Below are positions 39,295-49,404 of a DNA stretch of 64,000 bases, one piece after another; position 1 is the first letter of the stretch; the number at the start of each line of letters is the position of its first letter. Made by a program: the position numbers and the translations under genes. Source of the DNA: an uncultured Thermococci archaeon. Its GTDB lineage: Archaea > Methanobacteriota_B > Thermococci > Methanofastidiosales > B48-G16. Below the pieces are notes generated by a model. That model was given only the letters and a program-made list of their open reading frames with translations, searched no databases and was not told the DNA's origin. The stretch is from positions 1-64,000 of the forward strand of contig CAZQQT010000001.1 of assembly GCA_964595645.1 (NCBI GenBank), read 5' to 3'.

Positions 39295-40110
39295 TTACTC
39301 TCCATTCAGAATGGCAATCGCTGCACCGATAGCAGTAGCATACTCACCTTTCTCGGGAATGATAAACTTTCTGCCGAAAAGAGGTTCGATGGATTTTAAT
39401 GATTCCTGCACTTCCTTCAACGCCATGACCTTTCCGGTGAGAATGATATTATCCAGTTCACATGCTCGCGCAGCGAATATTGCAAGTACACCGAGACTCT
39501 GGGACACCATGTTAATGAGCCCCTTGGCGATATCCTCTTTTTCCACGGTATCATCGATCTTTCCAAAGTTCGAGGCAGTTGCCTCGCTCGGTATTACTCC
39601 AACGTCTCCTCCTGCGATATCACCCACAGTGAGATCCACCTTTCCCAGATTCCCCTTCTTCGCGAGGGCGTTCAGCGTGGAGATATCGTTGATGTTGAGG
39701 AGCATTCGAGCGAGACCTTGGAGAGTGCCACCCCCAATACCACTCCCACCGAAATGTTTGATCTCATCTTTGACACAGACGACGGCTGTCCCTGTGCCCA
39801 TACTCACCACTACACCCTGTCGCTTATTGGCGAGGGTGATTCCGCCCTTTCCAATTGCTGTGATCTCGTCGATCTTTTTTACGGGGATGCCCAGTAGATT
39901 CTCATCGAGAAATCGGGCTCCTCCGCCCGTAGCGGCAAGTATACGTACATCGTTGAGTGTTTTATTGAGAGAAGTAACTACCTTCCCAAGGGCACCCGCT
40001 GCAGCGGCTAGCGGGTCATTGGCAGTCACGCTCACGATCTTCATGAGGGTGCGGTCCTTTATCGCTACCGCGTCCGTTGTTGTACCCCCTATATCGATTC
40101 CTACAATCAT
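39295..40110 (-). CDS. Type II pantothenate kinase (CoaW/Fumble-like)
   Basis: GIDIGGTT, TGGGA, EITAIGKG, SMGTG, GGSGIGGGT, VDLTVGDI, ASNFGK, AIGA. Confidence 0.82.
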   Translation of the reverse strand: MIVGIDIGGTTTDAVAIKDRTLMKIVSVTANDPLAAAAGALGKVVTSLNKTLNDVRILAATGGGARFLDENLLGIPVKKIDEITAIGKGGITLANKRQGVVVSMGTGTAVVCVKDEIKHFGGSGIGGGTLQGLARMLLNINDISTLNALAKKGNLGKVDLTVGDIAGGDVGVIPSEATASNFGKIDDTVEKEDIAKGLINMVSQSLGVLAIFAARACELDNIILTGKVMALKEVQESLKSIEPLFGRKFIIPEKGEYATAIGAAIAILNGE

Positions 40111-40122
40111 TCCTTTCGCCTC

Positions 40123-41754
40123 CTATAACATCAGTGGGATCATTTTTATTATTGCCAAGAGTGCACCCACGACTCCTTCCCCTCCGATCAGCCCTGCGGC
40201 TACAAGTCTTTCCGTTTCATCTTCTTCTTTCTTTCTATTGAGGTAGTGGATTACACCACCGATAAAGAATGCAATAGAGAGATATAGAGGAATGAATATT
40301 CCGACGCCGAAAACCATACCTGGACGTCCTAGGAGGGTAATGCTTGTCCCAAGGGCTACACCTATAAGAAAGATTTTCAGATCGATTATACCGAGCATAT
40401 ACGAGACGCTTCGGGCTTGAAGTGCGTACAACTCCTGACTTCCAAGTTCAAAGGCATTGAGAACAGCGAGCAGACTGAACCCAACCACCGCGGATCCGAT
40501 GACAACTCCAAGCAACTGTGCCTTTGCCTGCTCTTTTGGGGATGTACCTAGTATATGTCCCGCCTTCAGATCGAAAAGCAGATCACCTGCTACACCGACG
40601 GAAACAGCGGCGATAGCAGCGATAAATACACTCTCGAGCGTACCCAGAGACACAGCGATTTTCACGAAAAGAACGATGAGTACAGCAAAGACCTCCATGG
40701 GGTCGATACTCACCTCACCAGTCATCCTCCCTGCAAGGGCGGTCATCACCCATATACCAAGAATTGCAAGTACAGATGCACCAACACCCAGATCTAAAAT
40801 CACACTCATAACAAACACGGAGACCACAGCAAACACAGGTATCCACCGTGGCGTTACCTCCTCTTTCGACACACGAGTGGAGACCATTGCCTTAAAGGTC
40901 TGTATACTCGAGGGGATGACTTTCAAGAGGAATATTGTGATACCACCACCAATCACGGCGCCAACACCCAGTGGCAGTATATACTCGGTCATCTGTGCCA
41001 TTGGTACGTTGTAAAGGTAGTGGATGAGAGGCTGGAAGATATAATACGAGAAAAGACATCCCAGAAACCATATGGAGACGATTTTGTATCCTATGAGATA
41101 TCCAGCCCCAATAGCCATGGGCATGAAAGGAACTTGAACTTTAAATGCTCCTGAGCTGAACTCTTTAAATACGGGAATGATTCCTTTAAAGGCGATATCA
41201 AGCCTTCCAAGGGTTAATGATACACCGTCTCGTAAAGTCGTGAATAGGGCAGAGAGCCCGAAAGCACCCAGAAGAATCTGTATTTTTCGTCCCCCTTCTT
41301 TTTCTCCTGCTCTGATCGTATCTGCAGTTGCTTCTCCTATTACGAAGGGAAGTTTCTCTTCGAGTATCATGCTTTTTCGTAGATAGGCAGAAAAAAGAAC
41401 ACCCATGATGCCACCGAGAAGTGCCAACAGGAACACCTCGAAGAGGAACCTCTCAGGACTGGCGGTGAACGTTGCAAAGAGATCTGCATCGAGGAAGTAT
41501 ATGGCAGGAATGGTAAAACATATCCCCGCTGCAAGAATACCACCAGTGGACGCAGCTGTCTGCGCAATATTTATTTCATGCGCATCCACATCCTTTTCCA
41601 ATCGCAGGAGTTTGTAGATCCCTATTGCCATCAGTGCAGTGAGAATTGAGGCCCACATAAATGCGTTCATCCGGAGTGTAATGTACACTCCTGACATCGT
41701 CATTAGTACAGCGAGGATACTACCGAGGATATACGATCGTAATTTTATTGTCAT
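40123..41754 (-). CDS. OPT/YSL-family oligopeptide transporter
   Basis: EINIAQTAAS, FTIPA, KLPF..G.ATA, DLKAGHILG..P..Q, AAGLIGGEG. Confidence 0.88.
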   Translation of the reverse strand: MTIKLRSYILGSILAVLMTMSGVYITLRMNAFMWASILTALMAIGIYKLLRLEKDVDAHEINIAQTAASTGGILAAGICFTIPAIYFLDADLFATFTASPERFLFEVFLLALLGGIMGVLFSAYLRKSMILEEKLPFVIGEATADTIRAGEKEGGRKIQILLGAFGLSALFTTLRDGVSLTLGRLDIAFKGIIPVFKEFSSGAFKVQVPFMPMAIGAGYLIGYKIVSIWFLGCLFSYYIFQPLIHYLYNVPMAQMTEYILPLGVGAVIGGGITIFLLKVIPSSIQTFKAMVSTRVSKEEVTPRWIPVFAVVSVFVMSVILDLGVGASVLAILGIWVMTALAGRMTGEVSIDPMEVFAVLIVLFVKIAVSLGTLESVFIAAIAAVSVGVAGDLLFDLKAGHILGTSPKEQAKAQLLGVVIGSAVVGFSLLAVLNAFELGSQELYALQARSVSYMLGIIDLKIFLIGVALGTSITLLGRPGMVFGVGIFIPLYLSIAFFIGGVIHYLNRKKEEDETERLVAAGLIGGEGVVGALLAIIKMIPLML

Positions 41755-41836
41755 ACCTGCTCCTTTGAGAAACTGTATATAAAGTTTTTCTATAAAGTAT
41801 ATAGAATAGAGAAAAAAAATATAGTATCTATATAGA

Positions 41837-42256
41837 TCAATCGAAGGTTTTGTTCATTTCTTTCCGTTTGATGTACTTGTCTAGTGTGTCTGCATCCAGT
41901 GTATTGAACGAGAGCTTTTCGAGTACCTTCTCAGTGATCAGCTGTTTTTTGACCTCTTTTTCAACCTTGTTTCCCTCAAGTTTTCTTGGTACCGAGTATT
42001 TTAACTGCTTAAATACCTCCGCAACCTTCTCCCCTGACATTCTTCCTTCGGGGACGATATCTGCAACGATACTGTCTATTTCTTCCATATCGAAATCTTT
42101 TTCAAAGTACTCAAACAGTTTCCTATCAACTGTATCTCGAACAGAAAGTAAAAGCCTCGCGATGTCAACATCGTTCGTCTTTTCCGTGATCTCCATCTTT
42201 TTTGCCACAATCCATTTCTCATGTTTCCCAACAAAATTTATTTTATCGTCCATCAT
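41837..42256 (-). CDS. Conserved archaeal protein (DUF2666-like)
   Basis: INFVGKHEKWIVAKKMEI..DIARLL.S..T. Confidence 0.65.
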   Translation of the reverse strand: MMDDKINFVGKHEKWIVAKKMEITEKTNDVDIARLLLSVRDTVDRKLFEYFEKDFDMEEIDSIVADIVPEGRMSGEKVAEVFKQLKYSVPRKLEGNKVEKEVKKQLITEKVLEKLSFNTLDADTLDKYIKRKEMNKTFD

Positions 42257-42491
42257 ATCACCTGAGATCGATAACCGTATATTTTCTTTCCAGTTGTTCC
42301 TTCCAATGTGGTAATAGTATAAAAAATTCACTGTTCTTTCTCTTCACTATTCGTTCTTTCCAACATCAAGATCTGTTACAATTGATTACGTGTATGTATA
42401 GCAAAATGTACTTCGTTACTAGGAGGTCTTTTCCTATAAAATAGGAATGGTTTTTTAAATTATTTATGCAATGCACAATACCTACTTTTAT

Positions 42492-43433
42492 TTATCCATG
42501 CTCTACGTTCTTTCCTTTCTCCCAGATATACGCGGTGATCCCCTTTTTCTCTTCAAACCCAATTTTTCTGTAAAGAGAGACAGCAGGAACGTTATTCTTG
42601 CTGACACCCAACCTTACTTTATTGACATTGTTATCAATTGCATCTTCCAGCGTTTTGACAAGAAGTGCTTTGCCCAGTCCTTTGCCCCGATGATCCTTCG
42701 ATACAATAGTTTCGGGGATGAATCCTTCTTCTTTTACAAGAGTAAAAAGAACTGTGCCACAGATATTCGAGTTAAAAAAGGATATTTTACTTATCTCTTT
42801 ATCAAACCGGCCTGACGCACCATTTATCAATGCAGTTATCATTTTTTTTGTTCCTGCGATGGTCTTCAATTCAGGATACACGATCTGATCGATAGTTCCT
42901 TTGTACCCCTCATAAATTAAGTGGCTCACCTCACCCAAGTACACATCATCCCAGCTTTCTATTTCATATCCTTTAGTAATTCTCGATGAAGGAAGTTCTA
43001 CAGGCAACTCTACTACCATCGTCACTCTCTCTATTGTTTCAAACCCCAACTCTCTGAAAATTTTCCTGACTTGCTCCTTATTCGTTAAAATTGGAGCTTC
43101 ACAATTTATCCGTACAACATTTAATTCTTTTAATCTATTTATACAATGATTTATTAGTTCAGAATAGATTTTTTTATCCTCTTCCCCCGGTATAGCATAT
43201 AAAAAATTTATTCGCCCGTTTTCATCGGATTGTGTGTACACTACTAGTCCCAACGGCTGTTCATCTATTACCGCTGTAAATCCTTTCACTTTATCTGATT
43301 TTATTGCTTTCTTGAGCGATGTTGTCATATCTGCTAGGCCTGTCCCAAATACTTTCTCCCCCCGTCTATCAAAATCACAGACAATATCTACAGCATCGGT
43401 TGTTGATTCATCCACGTTTAATATTTTTATCAT
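42492..43433 (-). CDS. Tandem-domain GNAT acetyltransferase
   Basis: HRGKGLGKALL, NVPAVSLYRKIGF; degenerate N-terminal GNAT domain. Confidence 0.85.
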   Translation of the reverse strand: MIKILNVDESTTDAVDIVCDFDRRGEKVFGTGLADMTTSLKKAIKSDKVKGFTAVIDEQPLGLVVYTQSDENGRINFLYAIPGEEDKKIYSELINHCINRLKELNVVRINCEAPILTNKEQVRKIFRELGFETIERVTMVVELPVELPSSRITKGYEIESWDDVYLGEVSHLIYEGYKGTIDQIVYPELKTIAGTKKMITALINGASGRFDKEISKISFFNSNICGTVLFTLVKEEGFIPETIVSKDHRGKGLGKALLVKTLEDAIDNNVNKVRLGVSKNNVPAVSLYRKIGFEEKKGITAYIWEKGKNVEHG

Positions 43434-43484
43434 AACCTTTCTTATACTTCATTAGGAACATATCTTTTAAATATTTAACTCTTA

Positions 43485-44090
43485 CTATATTTTCCGTCGT
43501 ACCCAGTCTTCATAAAACTCTTTTATAGAGTCAAATAGTAAATCAGCATGTTTTAATGTTTTTTTCGTTCCCGATCCACTTAAAAGCCCGACGGTCATAC
43601 ATCCCAATGTTCTCCCCGCCTCTATCTCAAAGTGATGATCTCCCACCACCACACACTCTTTTGGTCCTGTTCCCATTCTCTCCAGTGCCGCTTCGATATG
43701 CATTTTGTCCGGTTTTACCCTCTCCACATCATCTCGTGAGATTATTACGTCGATATACGTTTCTATATCTGTTTTTTTTACTGATTTCATACATGATTCT
43801 CTGTTGTTTCTTGTGATTATGCCAATTTTTATGTTTCTTTCTTTTAAATACTGCAAACATTCTATACTGCCATCGATAAGTTCTGAATTCTCGGCAGCCT
43901 TTCTCTCTTCTTCTTGGACATACTCAAAGGCGCGAACTTTCAGTACTGAGTCCTGAATTTTTGAGATGGATTCAAGAAGCGATCCTTCTGTCTTTCCGAT
44001 GAGATCTGTGAGATCAGACTGCATCTTGCCAAAATCGAGCTTCATCCGCACCAACGTTCCATCGAGATCGAAAAGGAAGACGTTATACAT
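43485..44090 (-). CDS. HAD hydrolase (phosphoglycolate phosphatase-like)
   Basis: DLDGTL, TRN, KP, VGDH. Confidence 0.88.
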   Translation of the reverse strand: MYNVFLFDLDGTLVRMKLDFGKMQSDLTDLIGKTEGSLLESISKIQDSVLKVRAFEYVQEEERKAAENSELIDGSIECLQYLKERNIKIGIITRNNRESCMKSVKKTDIETYIDVIISRDDVERVKPDKMHIEAALERMGTGPKECVVVGDHHFEIEAGRTLGCMTVGLLSGSGTKKTLKHADLLFDSIKEFYEDWVRRKI

Positions 44091-44092
44091 CT

Positions 44093-44611
44093 TCAATTCC
44101 GCTCCTCAAAAAATTTTCTACAGATATTTCTAAATGTCTTTATATCTCTATCATTGATAATCATCCTGTCTGCTAGGGCAATTGCATTTCCAAGTCCAAA
44201 ATCGAGTTCTCTGAGATCTCTTTCATGGAATTTCTCATACGTCTTGGGATCGTCCTCCCGTCCCCGCTGTACCAGCCGTGCAAACCGTTCCTGAGGAGAT
44301 GCATGAATCGCTACGAGGTAACAGTCATAGTACTTAGAAAACTCTTCCACCTCTTTATAGGCGCGTATTCCATCAATCACGGTCTTTTCGGGTCTTACTA
44401 TTCTACTGACTGCCAGCTTCGCAAGTGCAGCTTTTCCCCTTTCTTTCCTCAATATTTTGGCTATTTCTCCGGCCTTTTCGAGACTGTGTCCTCTCTTTTG
44501 CGTTTCCTCCCGCACAATATCCCCCAGCACAATCACACTATATCCTGCCTTCCTGCCCATTTCTGTGAACACCCCCTTTCCACTTCCGGGCATGCCGACA
44601 ACGCATATCAT
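44093..44611 (-). CDS. Archaeal CoaE-like P-loop kinase (UPF0200)
   Basis: GMPGSGK, GDIVREE, DGIR, RGREDD, ERDLREL..GLG. Confidence 0.85.
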   Translation of the reverse strand: MICVVGMPGSGKGVFTEMGRKAGYSVIVLGDIVREETQKRGHSLEKAGEIAKILRKERGKAALAKLAVSRIVRPEKTVIDGIRAYKEVEEFSKYYDCYLVAIHASPQERFARLVQRGREDDPKTYEKFHERDLRELDFGLGNAIALADRMIINDRDIKTFRNICRKFFEERN

Positions 44612-44635
44612 ATTATGTATAGAAAAAAAGAATTT

Positions 44636-45064
44636 TTAAACCTTTTTCATCATGAGAATCCCATCATCACTGTTCTTGTAGTAGTCTGGAAGCTCCTTTA
44701 CTGTGGAGAATCCCAATTTTTTGTAGAGATTTTGGGCACCCACATTGTGTTTCCTGACCTCCAATTTTGCTCTTTCTGCTCCCTCCCTCTTGAATATCTC
44801 GAGGAGTCTCTTCACAAGATGTGTTCCTATCCGCCTTCCTCTGAACTCTTCCTCTACAGCGAGTGAGATGATATGTCCTTCAGACCCATCCAAAATCCCG
44901 ATGATATACCCGATCACATCGTCCTCACAGGCAACGAGAAAGGTCTCTTCGTGAGAACTGTACAAATAGTTGATAAGAAGTGGATCATAAGGGGAGTTGA
45001 ATGTGGAGGCCTCTATCTCCGAGATCCTTTTCAGATCCGCCGGTTGTGCTTTCCTGATTCTCAT
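44636..45064 (-). CDS. rimI: RimI/Ard1-like N-terminal acetyltransferase
   Basis: GHIISLAV..RGRRIG, LEVR..N..A..LYKKLGF, YY..D. Confidence 0.85.
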   Translation of the reverse strand: MRIRKAQPADLKRISEIEASTFNSPYDPLLINYLYSSHEETFLVACEDDVIGYIIGILDGSEGHIISLAVEEEFRGRRIGTHLVKRLLEIFKREGAERAKLEVRKHNVGAQNLYKKLGFSTVKELPDYYKNSDDGILMMKKV

Positions 45065-45133
45065 AGGATCTACGCTCCTTAAAAAAGCCTTACGAACTCC
45101 ATCATGCAAGTAGAAATAAAATAAAAAATAAAG

Positions 45134-45910
45134 TTATTCTTCTTTTTCAGTCGATCCGCCCTTTGTAAGCCAGTTGAGGAATTCCATCGGGAACGGCAGT
45201 ATTACAGTCGATGCATTCTCAGCAGATACCTCTGATATCGTCTGCAACAGTCGCAGCTGTAGTGTCATTGGTTCTGTAGCCATTTTTCTCGCTGCCTCTG
45301 TAAGTTTCTCTGCAGCCTGAAGTTCTCCTTGAGCGTTGATCACTTTTGCCCGTCGCTCTCGTTCTGCCTCAGCCTGGGCAGCCATGGATCGTTTCATTGC
45401 AGACGGCAACTCCACGTCCTTTATCTCCACAGCGGAGACCTTGATCCCCCATGGATCGGTGGCGTCGTCTATCACCGTCTGGAGTTTCTTGTTCAGTTTA
45501 TCCCGTTCACTTAACAGCTCATCGAGATGTGCTTCTCCTATGGTACTTCTCAGCGTGGTCTGGGAGATTTGTGAGGTTGCAGACACGTAGTTTTCTACCT
45601 GCACGATTGCATTTGCAGCGTCCATTACCCGCAGATACACCACAGCATTCACTCGCACGGGGACGTTGTCCTTGGTCATTACCTCTTGAGCGGGGACATC
45701 GAGGACCTTGGTTCGTAGACTTACCTTGTACATTCGATCGATGATCGGAATGATGAAGAATATTCCAGGTCCCTTTGCGCCCTTCAATCGTCCAAGCCTG
45801 AGAATGACACCTCTCTCAAACTCCTTGACAATTTTTATCGCAGAGCTTAGTATCATCAAAATAATGACAACGATAAGTATTCCTGCCAGCTGTACGAAAT
45901 TTAACTCCAC
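45134..45910 (-). CDS. Stomatin/slipin (SPFH domain) protein
   Basis: GPGIFFIIP, TKDNV, TTLRS, WGIKV, QAEAERERRA. Confidence 0.95.
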   Translation of the reverse strand: MELNFVQLAGILIVVIILMILSSAIKIVKEFERGVILRLGRLKGAKGPGIFFIIPIIDRMYKVSLRTKVLDVPAQEVMTKDNVPVRVNAVVYLRVMDAANAIVQVENYVSATSQISQTTLRSTIGEAHLDELLSERDKLNKKLQTVIDDATDPWGIKVSAVEIKDVELPSAMKRSMAAQAEAERERRAKVINAQGELQAAEKLTEAARKMATEPMTLQLRLLQTISEVSAENASTVILPFPMEFLNWLTKGGSTEKEE

Positions 45911-45984
45911 GTTTTCTCACCTCCTTCCATATTTATTTTTTTCATACTCATACTATCTTTTCTTCTATCTTATTAAAACTTTCC

Positions 45985-46926
45985 TTATTCATTCAATGAG
46001 TACAACGGGATTTCTTCTCTTTTTAAAAATGCCGTCATGCAGTGAATGCTCCCATACCCTTTCATGATTTCACTTACGTCGACAGGGATTGTCTCAACGC
46101 CTCTTTCTTCCAGAAGCTTTTTTGTTTGAGGATTTCCAGTGGGCATCACAATCTTCCCGGGCTCAAGTGCTACAACATTCAGTGCAAACGTATAAAACTC
46201 TTCTAAGGGGACATCAATTATATGAAAATCTCTTTTTAGAAGCTCTTCATATACAATATTGGGCGTGAGAAGTCTGACAGCAAGTGCAGTGTGTAGATCG
46301 ACAAAAGAAAGAAAACCATCCAAATGAGCTTGTGCACGGGGAATATTCACTTTGATAATATTGTTCACCCCCATGGCTCTCAGTTCCCTCTCTACCTGCG
46401 CTGCACCGGCTGAGTTACACCGGTATCCTTCCCCGAGGATTACTGTCTCTTTATCAAGCCAGAGCCCGCATGCTCCCTCAAATATTCCCTCTCCACTGAT
46501 GGTCTTGAGTATTGGTACTCCCAGTTGCAGTAACTGGAGTGCGGCATACCGTTCCTCTCCAGCCCTACAGGAAAGGGCCGGCCTGGCAACAATTGCTCCT
46601 TCAGGGGTCATAAACACGAGATCCCTGACATATATACCGTTCGGTCTATTCTTCGGCATTTCTTCAATATAGTGTACCTTTACTCCGTGCCCCTTGTATA
46701 TTGTGGTGAGCGTGTCATGTTGTTCTCTGACCGTCGCAGGATCCCATAGTTCCTTCATTCTCCATTTTTGAGGGTCACCGAGATTCTCTATCTCCTCCCC
46801 CGGTCTTCTCATGAGTACCGCTTTTAATGTACCTATCTCTGAAGATACTCCCCAATCGCCCCATATTTTGGGTATTTCTTCTTTAAAATTAGCTTTTCTA
46901 AGCTTTATATTTATATCTTCCTTCAT
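45985..46926 (-). CDS. Amidinotransferase/DDAH/arginine deiminase superfamily protein
   Basis: SEIGTLKAVLMRRPG, YVRD, R.GEE, FEG, HLD, GSIHCMT. Confidence 0.88.
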   Translation of the reverse strand: MKEDINIKLRKANFKEEIPKIWGDWGVSSEIGTLKAVLMRRPGEEIENLGDPQKWRMKELWDPATVREQHDTLTTIYKGHGVKVHYIEEMPKNRPNGIYVRDLVFMTPEGAIVARPALSCRAGEERYAALQLLQLGVPILKTISGEGIFEGACGLWLDKETVILGEGYRCNSAGAAQVERELRAMGVNNIIKVNIPRAQAHLDGFLSFVDLHTALAVRLLTPNIVYEELLKRDFHIIDVPLEEFYTFALNVVALEPGKIVMPTGNPQTKKLLEERGVETIPVDVSEIMKGYGSIHCMTAFLKREEIPLYSLNE

Positions 46927-48227
46927 ATTTTTCTTACCTTCAGTTTAAGTCCGTGCATTTCTATTACTTCGACTTTCTCACCTTTCTTTATCTTCTCGTC
47001 ACTGTAAACATTCCATATTTCACCGCGACCACGTATCTGACCCTCAGGGTCAATGTCAGTTAGAGCGGTGCCTTTCACTCCTAGCATTTGTTCTTCCCCC
47101 GTGGTAGGTTTTGTTCTTCTGAGTTGTAGTGCCTTTGAAATTCCAAAAATAAAGAAGAGCGCCACTGAGACTGTCACAATGATAACGAGATATCTGAATT
47201 CGGTAAAAAACTCTCTTCTAATCACCCATTCCGTCTCCTGTGAAGCAGAAAATAAGAGCATCGAACCGAAAAAGAAGGACACAACACCGGCGGTAGTGAA
47301 TAATCCAAAGGTGGGCGTGAGAAGTTCTACCACGAAGAAGAGTATTCCCAGTCCGATTAGAAGAAATCCTCCGAGATTAAATCCTACATAGCCCTGCGCA
47401 ATGATGCCAAGACCGAGACAGATGGCGCCGACCGTTTCCGGCACATGCCATCCAGGTGTAGTAAATCCAAAGAACAATCCTAAAATTCCTATGGTAACCA
47501 AAAAATATGCGAGGTTAGGGTTGGTGATCGTGATGATAAATTTATCCTTAAATGATTTTTCAATGATCTCTACTTCCGCACCATCAACATCGAGTCTATC
47601 CTCTCTCCCTTTCAACTTCATTCCGTCGGCCTTTTCCAGGAGCTCGTATTTGTCGTCAGCTTGGAGTTCTATTAATTCTTTTTCAAGTGCTTCTTGAGGA
47701 GTGAGGCTCAGATTCTCTGTGACGAACTTCTCTGCTTCATCTGGATTTCTCCCGTGTCCTTCTGCGAGTGACCGCATATAGCTCGTATAGAAGTTCACCG
47801 TTTTTTCAGGAGCTTCGAGAATCTTCCCTGTCTGCGGATCGTATCCGAGAATAGGTTCACATGCACCTATAGATGTGCTTGGAGCCATTGCTATGAGATT
47901 AGAGGCCATTGCAATGTATGTGCCTGCAGAGGCGGCAATTGCTCCCTTTGGACTTACAAAAACAATTATTGGTACATCAGAAGAGTCTATTTTCTTTATT
48001 ATATTCATCATCGCGTCCCCTCTTCCTCCGGGAGTATCTATCTCTATAATCAGTGCTGTTCCATCGGTATTAGCCTTATCTACAGCTTTTCTCACAACTT
48101 CTTCTGTTGCTGGACCTATTTCTCCTTCTACTTCTACCACGTAGACTTTCTTCGCCGAGGAGAGCGTCGGCATTAGAATTGCCGGCAAAAGAAGCCCGAG
48201 GAGCAGGATCAATACAATTTTTCTCAT
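46923..48227 (-). CDS. nfeD: NfeD long form (stomatin operon partner serine protease)
   Basis: DTPGG, AASAG (Ser), EK (Lys), TM region, C-terminal OB domain with G.IW. Confidence 0.92.
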   Translation of the reverse strand: MRKIVLILLLGLLLPAILMPTLSSAKKVYVVEVEGEIGPATEEVVRKAVDKANTDGTALIIEIDTPGGRGDAMMNIIKKIDSSDVPIIVFVSPKGAIAASAGTYIAMASNLIAMAPSTSIGACEPILGYDPQTGKILEAPEKTVNFYTSYMRSLAEGHGRNPDEAEKFVTENLSLTPQEALEKELIELQADDKYELLEKADGMKLKGREDRLDVDGAEVEIIEKSFKDKFIITITNPNLAYFLVTIGILGLFFGFTTPGWHVPETVGAICLGLGIIAQGYVGFNLGGFLLIGLGILFFVVELLTPTFGLFTTAGVVSFFFGSMLLFSASQETEWVIRREFFTEFRYLVIIVTVSVALFFIFGISKALQLRRTKPTTGEEQMLGVKGTALTDIDPEGQIRGRGEIWNVYSDEKIKKGEKVEVIEMHGLKLKVRKI

Positions 48228-48247
48228 ACTCTTACCACATCCCCTGT

Positions 48248-49015
48248 CTATTTATAATTTTTCCTACTCTTTTCTTCAAAGAAATTCTTCGATACTACGA
48301 GGATTCTATCTGAAAAAGTAGTCAACCGTTCTAAATGTCCTACCCAATACACAATTAGTCCCGATCCAAAAATTCGAACGTAGGGACGGAGTTGCCCTCC
48401 AAAATCTTCCTTGAATTTAATCAGGTCGCCGAATCCTGCCTTGCTCTCTATCCATCGGACCTCAAGTCCATCGAGAGAAAGGGGATTCATAAGGAGAAAA
48501 TCCGGCGTTTTTCTAAAATTTTCCTTCCGTGCATCCCCCTCCGTGATGAATTTGATATCTCGCTCTACCAACCACTCTTCTATCTCTTTTTCAGACTTGA
48601 TTCCACTCTCTCTCTGGAGATCAATATACTTTGGAGAGTACACAATATCATGTTCCACCGCTTCCTGCACCTCCTTTTTTATTCGCTCATCTTTAATCGA
48701 ATCAGGATTTTTAAGATATTTTTTAAACTCTTTGTTTGAAAATTTATATTCAAAAATGAACGAAGCAGTCAACACAGGGGGGAAATTGTATTTTTTTGAG
48801 ATTGTCATAATACTTTTTCCATTTTTCCATTCTCTCTCTAATTTTCCACGTTTTCCCTTTATTTTATAGTACTTTTTCTTTGTTTTTCTTACTATCTTCT
48901 GGCAAAGGATTGACCAGAGTGCATCCTCTTCCATATCAAAATTCTTTGCTATTGGATCTATATCCTCTTTGCTGTTCAATCTCCTATATATTTTCTTGTA
49001 CAGTTCATAATTCAT
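48248..49015 (-). CDS. C15orf41/CDIN1-family PD-(D/E)xK nuclease-like protein
   Basis: KTPDFLL..WIESKAGFGD, QLRPY..FGSG.IVYW.G. Confidence 0.85.
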   Translation of the reverse strand: MNYELYKKIYRRLNSKEDIDPIAKNFDMEEDALWSILCQKIVRKTKKKYYKIKGKRGKLEREWKNGKSIMTISKKYNFPPVLTASFIFEYKFSNKEFKKYLKNPDSIKDERIKKEVQEAVEHDIVYSPKYIDLQRESGIKSEKEIEEWLVERDIKFITEGDARKENFRKTPDFLLMNPLSLDGLEVRWIESKAGFGDLIKFKEDFGGQLRPYVRIFGSGLIVYWVGHLERLTTFSDRILVVSKNFFEEKSRKNYK

Positions 49016-49400
49016 CGTTCTCAACCTTGTTCAGATAGTAGTATATTGTTCTCCTCGGAATCTCGAGTCTCTCCGAAATTGTCGTGACAGGAACTCCGTC
49101 ACTATACAGATCGAGCATTGTCTGTATTTCTTCCTTCGTGTATTTTCGTGGCCTCCCAACCTTCACATCCCCTTTTTTTAGTGATACCCCTACCTCTTTT
49201 AATGCATCCCTTACCCGTGCGGAGGTGAGCTCGTAGAGACTTGGAGGACAGAGAATTGTCTTCACGTGGGGGTCATGTTCCAGTAACGCAACAACGACAT
49301 CGATTGAGGGACGTATTGAGAGATATACTACTTCATCATTTACACCCTCTTTGATTTCCTCAAGGACCTTCTCTTTATCTGTATGTTTTATTACCTTCAC
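49005..49400 (-). CDS. DUF1699-like protein with C-terminal resolvase-type HTH
   Basis: LSIRPS, CPPSLY, GRPRKY, ISERLEIPRRTIYY. Confidence 0.75.
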   Translation of the reverse strand: MKVIKHTDKEKVLEEIKEGVNDEVVYLSIRPSIDVVVALLEHDPHVKTILCPPSLYELTSARVRDALKEVGVSLKKGDVKVGRPRKYTKEEIQTMLDLYSDGVPVTTISERLEIPRRTIYYYLNKVENDEL

Positions 49401-49404
49401 GTAC

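Noticed and set aside
39311-40246. 311-aa plus-strand ORF and many similar long antisense ORFs (e.g. 25596-26306, 3803-4420, 60328-60993)
   Set aside because: Shadow frames of recognisable genes on the opposite strand
42431-42447. Inverted repeat TTCCTAT-AAA-ATAGGAA
   Set aside because: Short, AT-rich and without corroborating context
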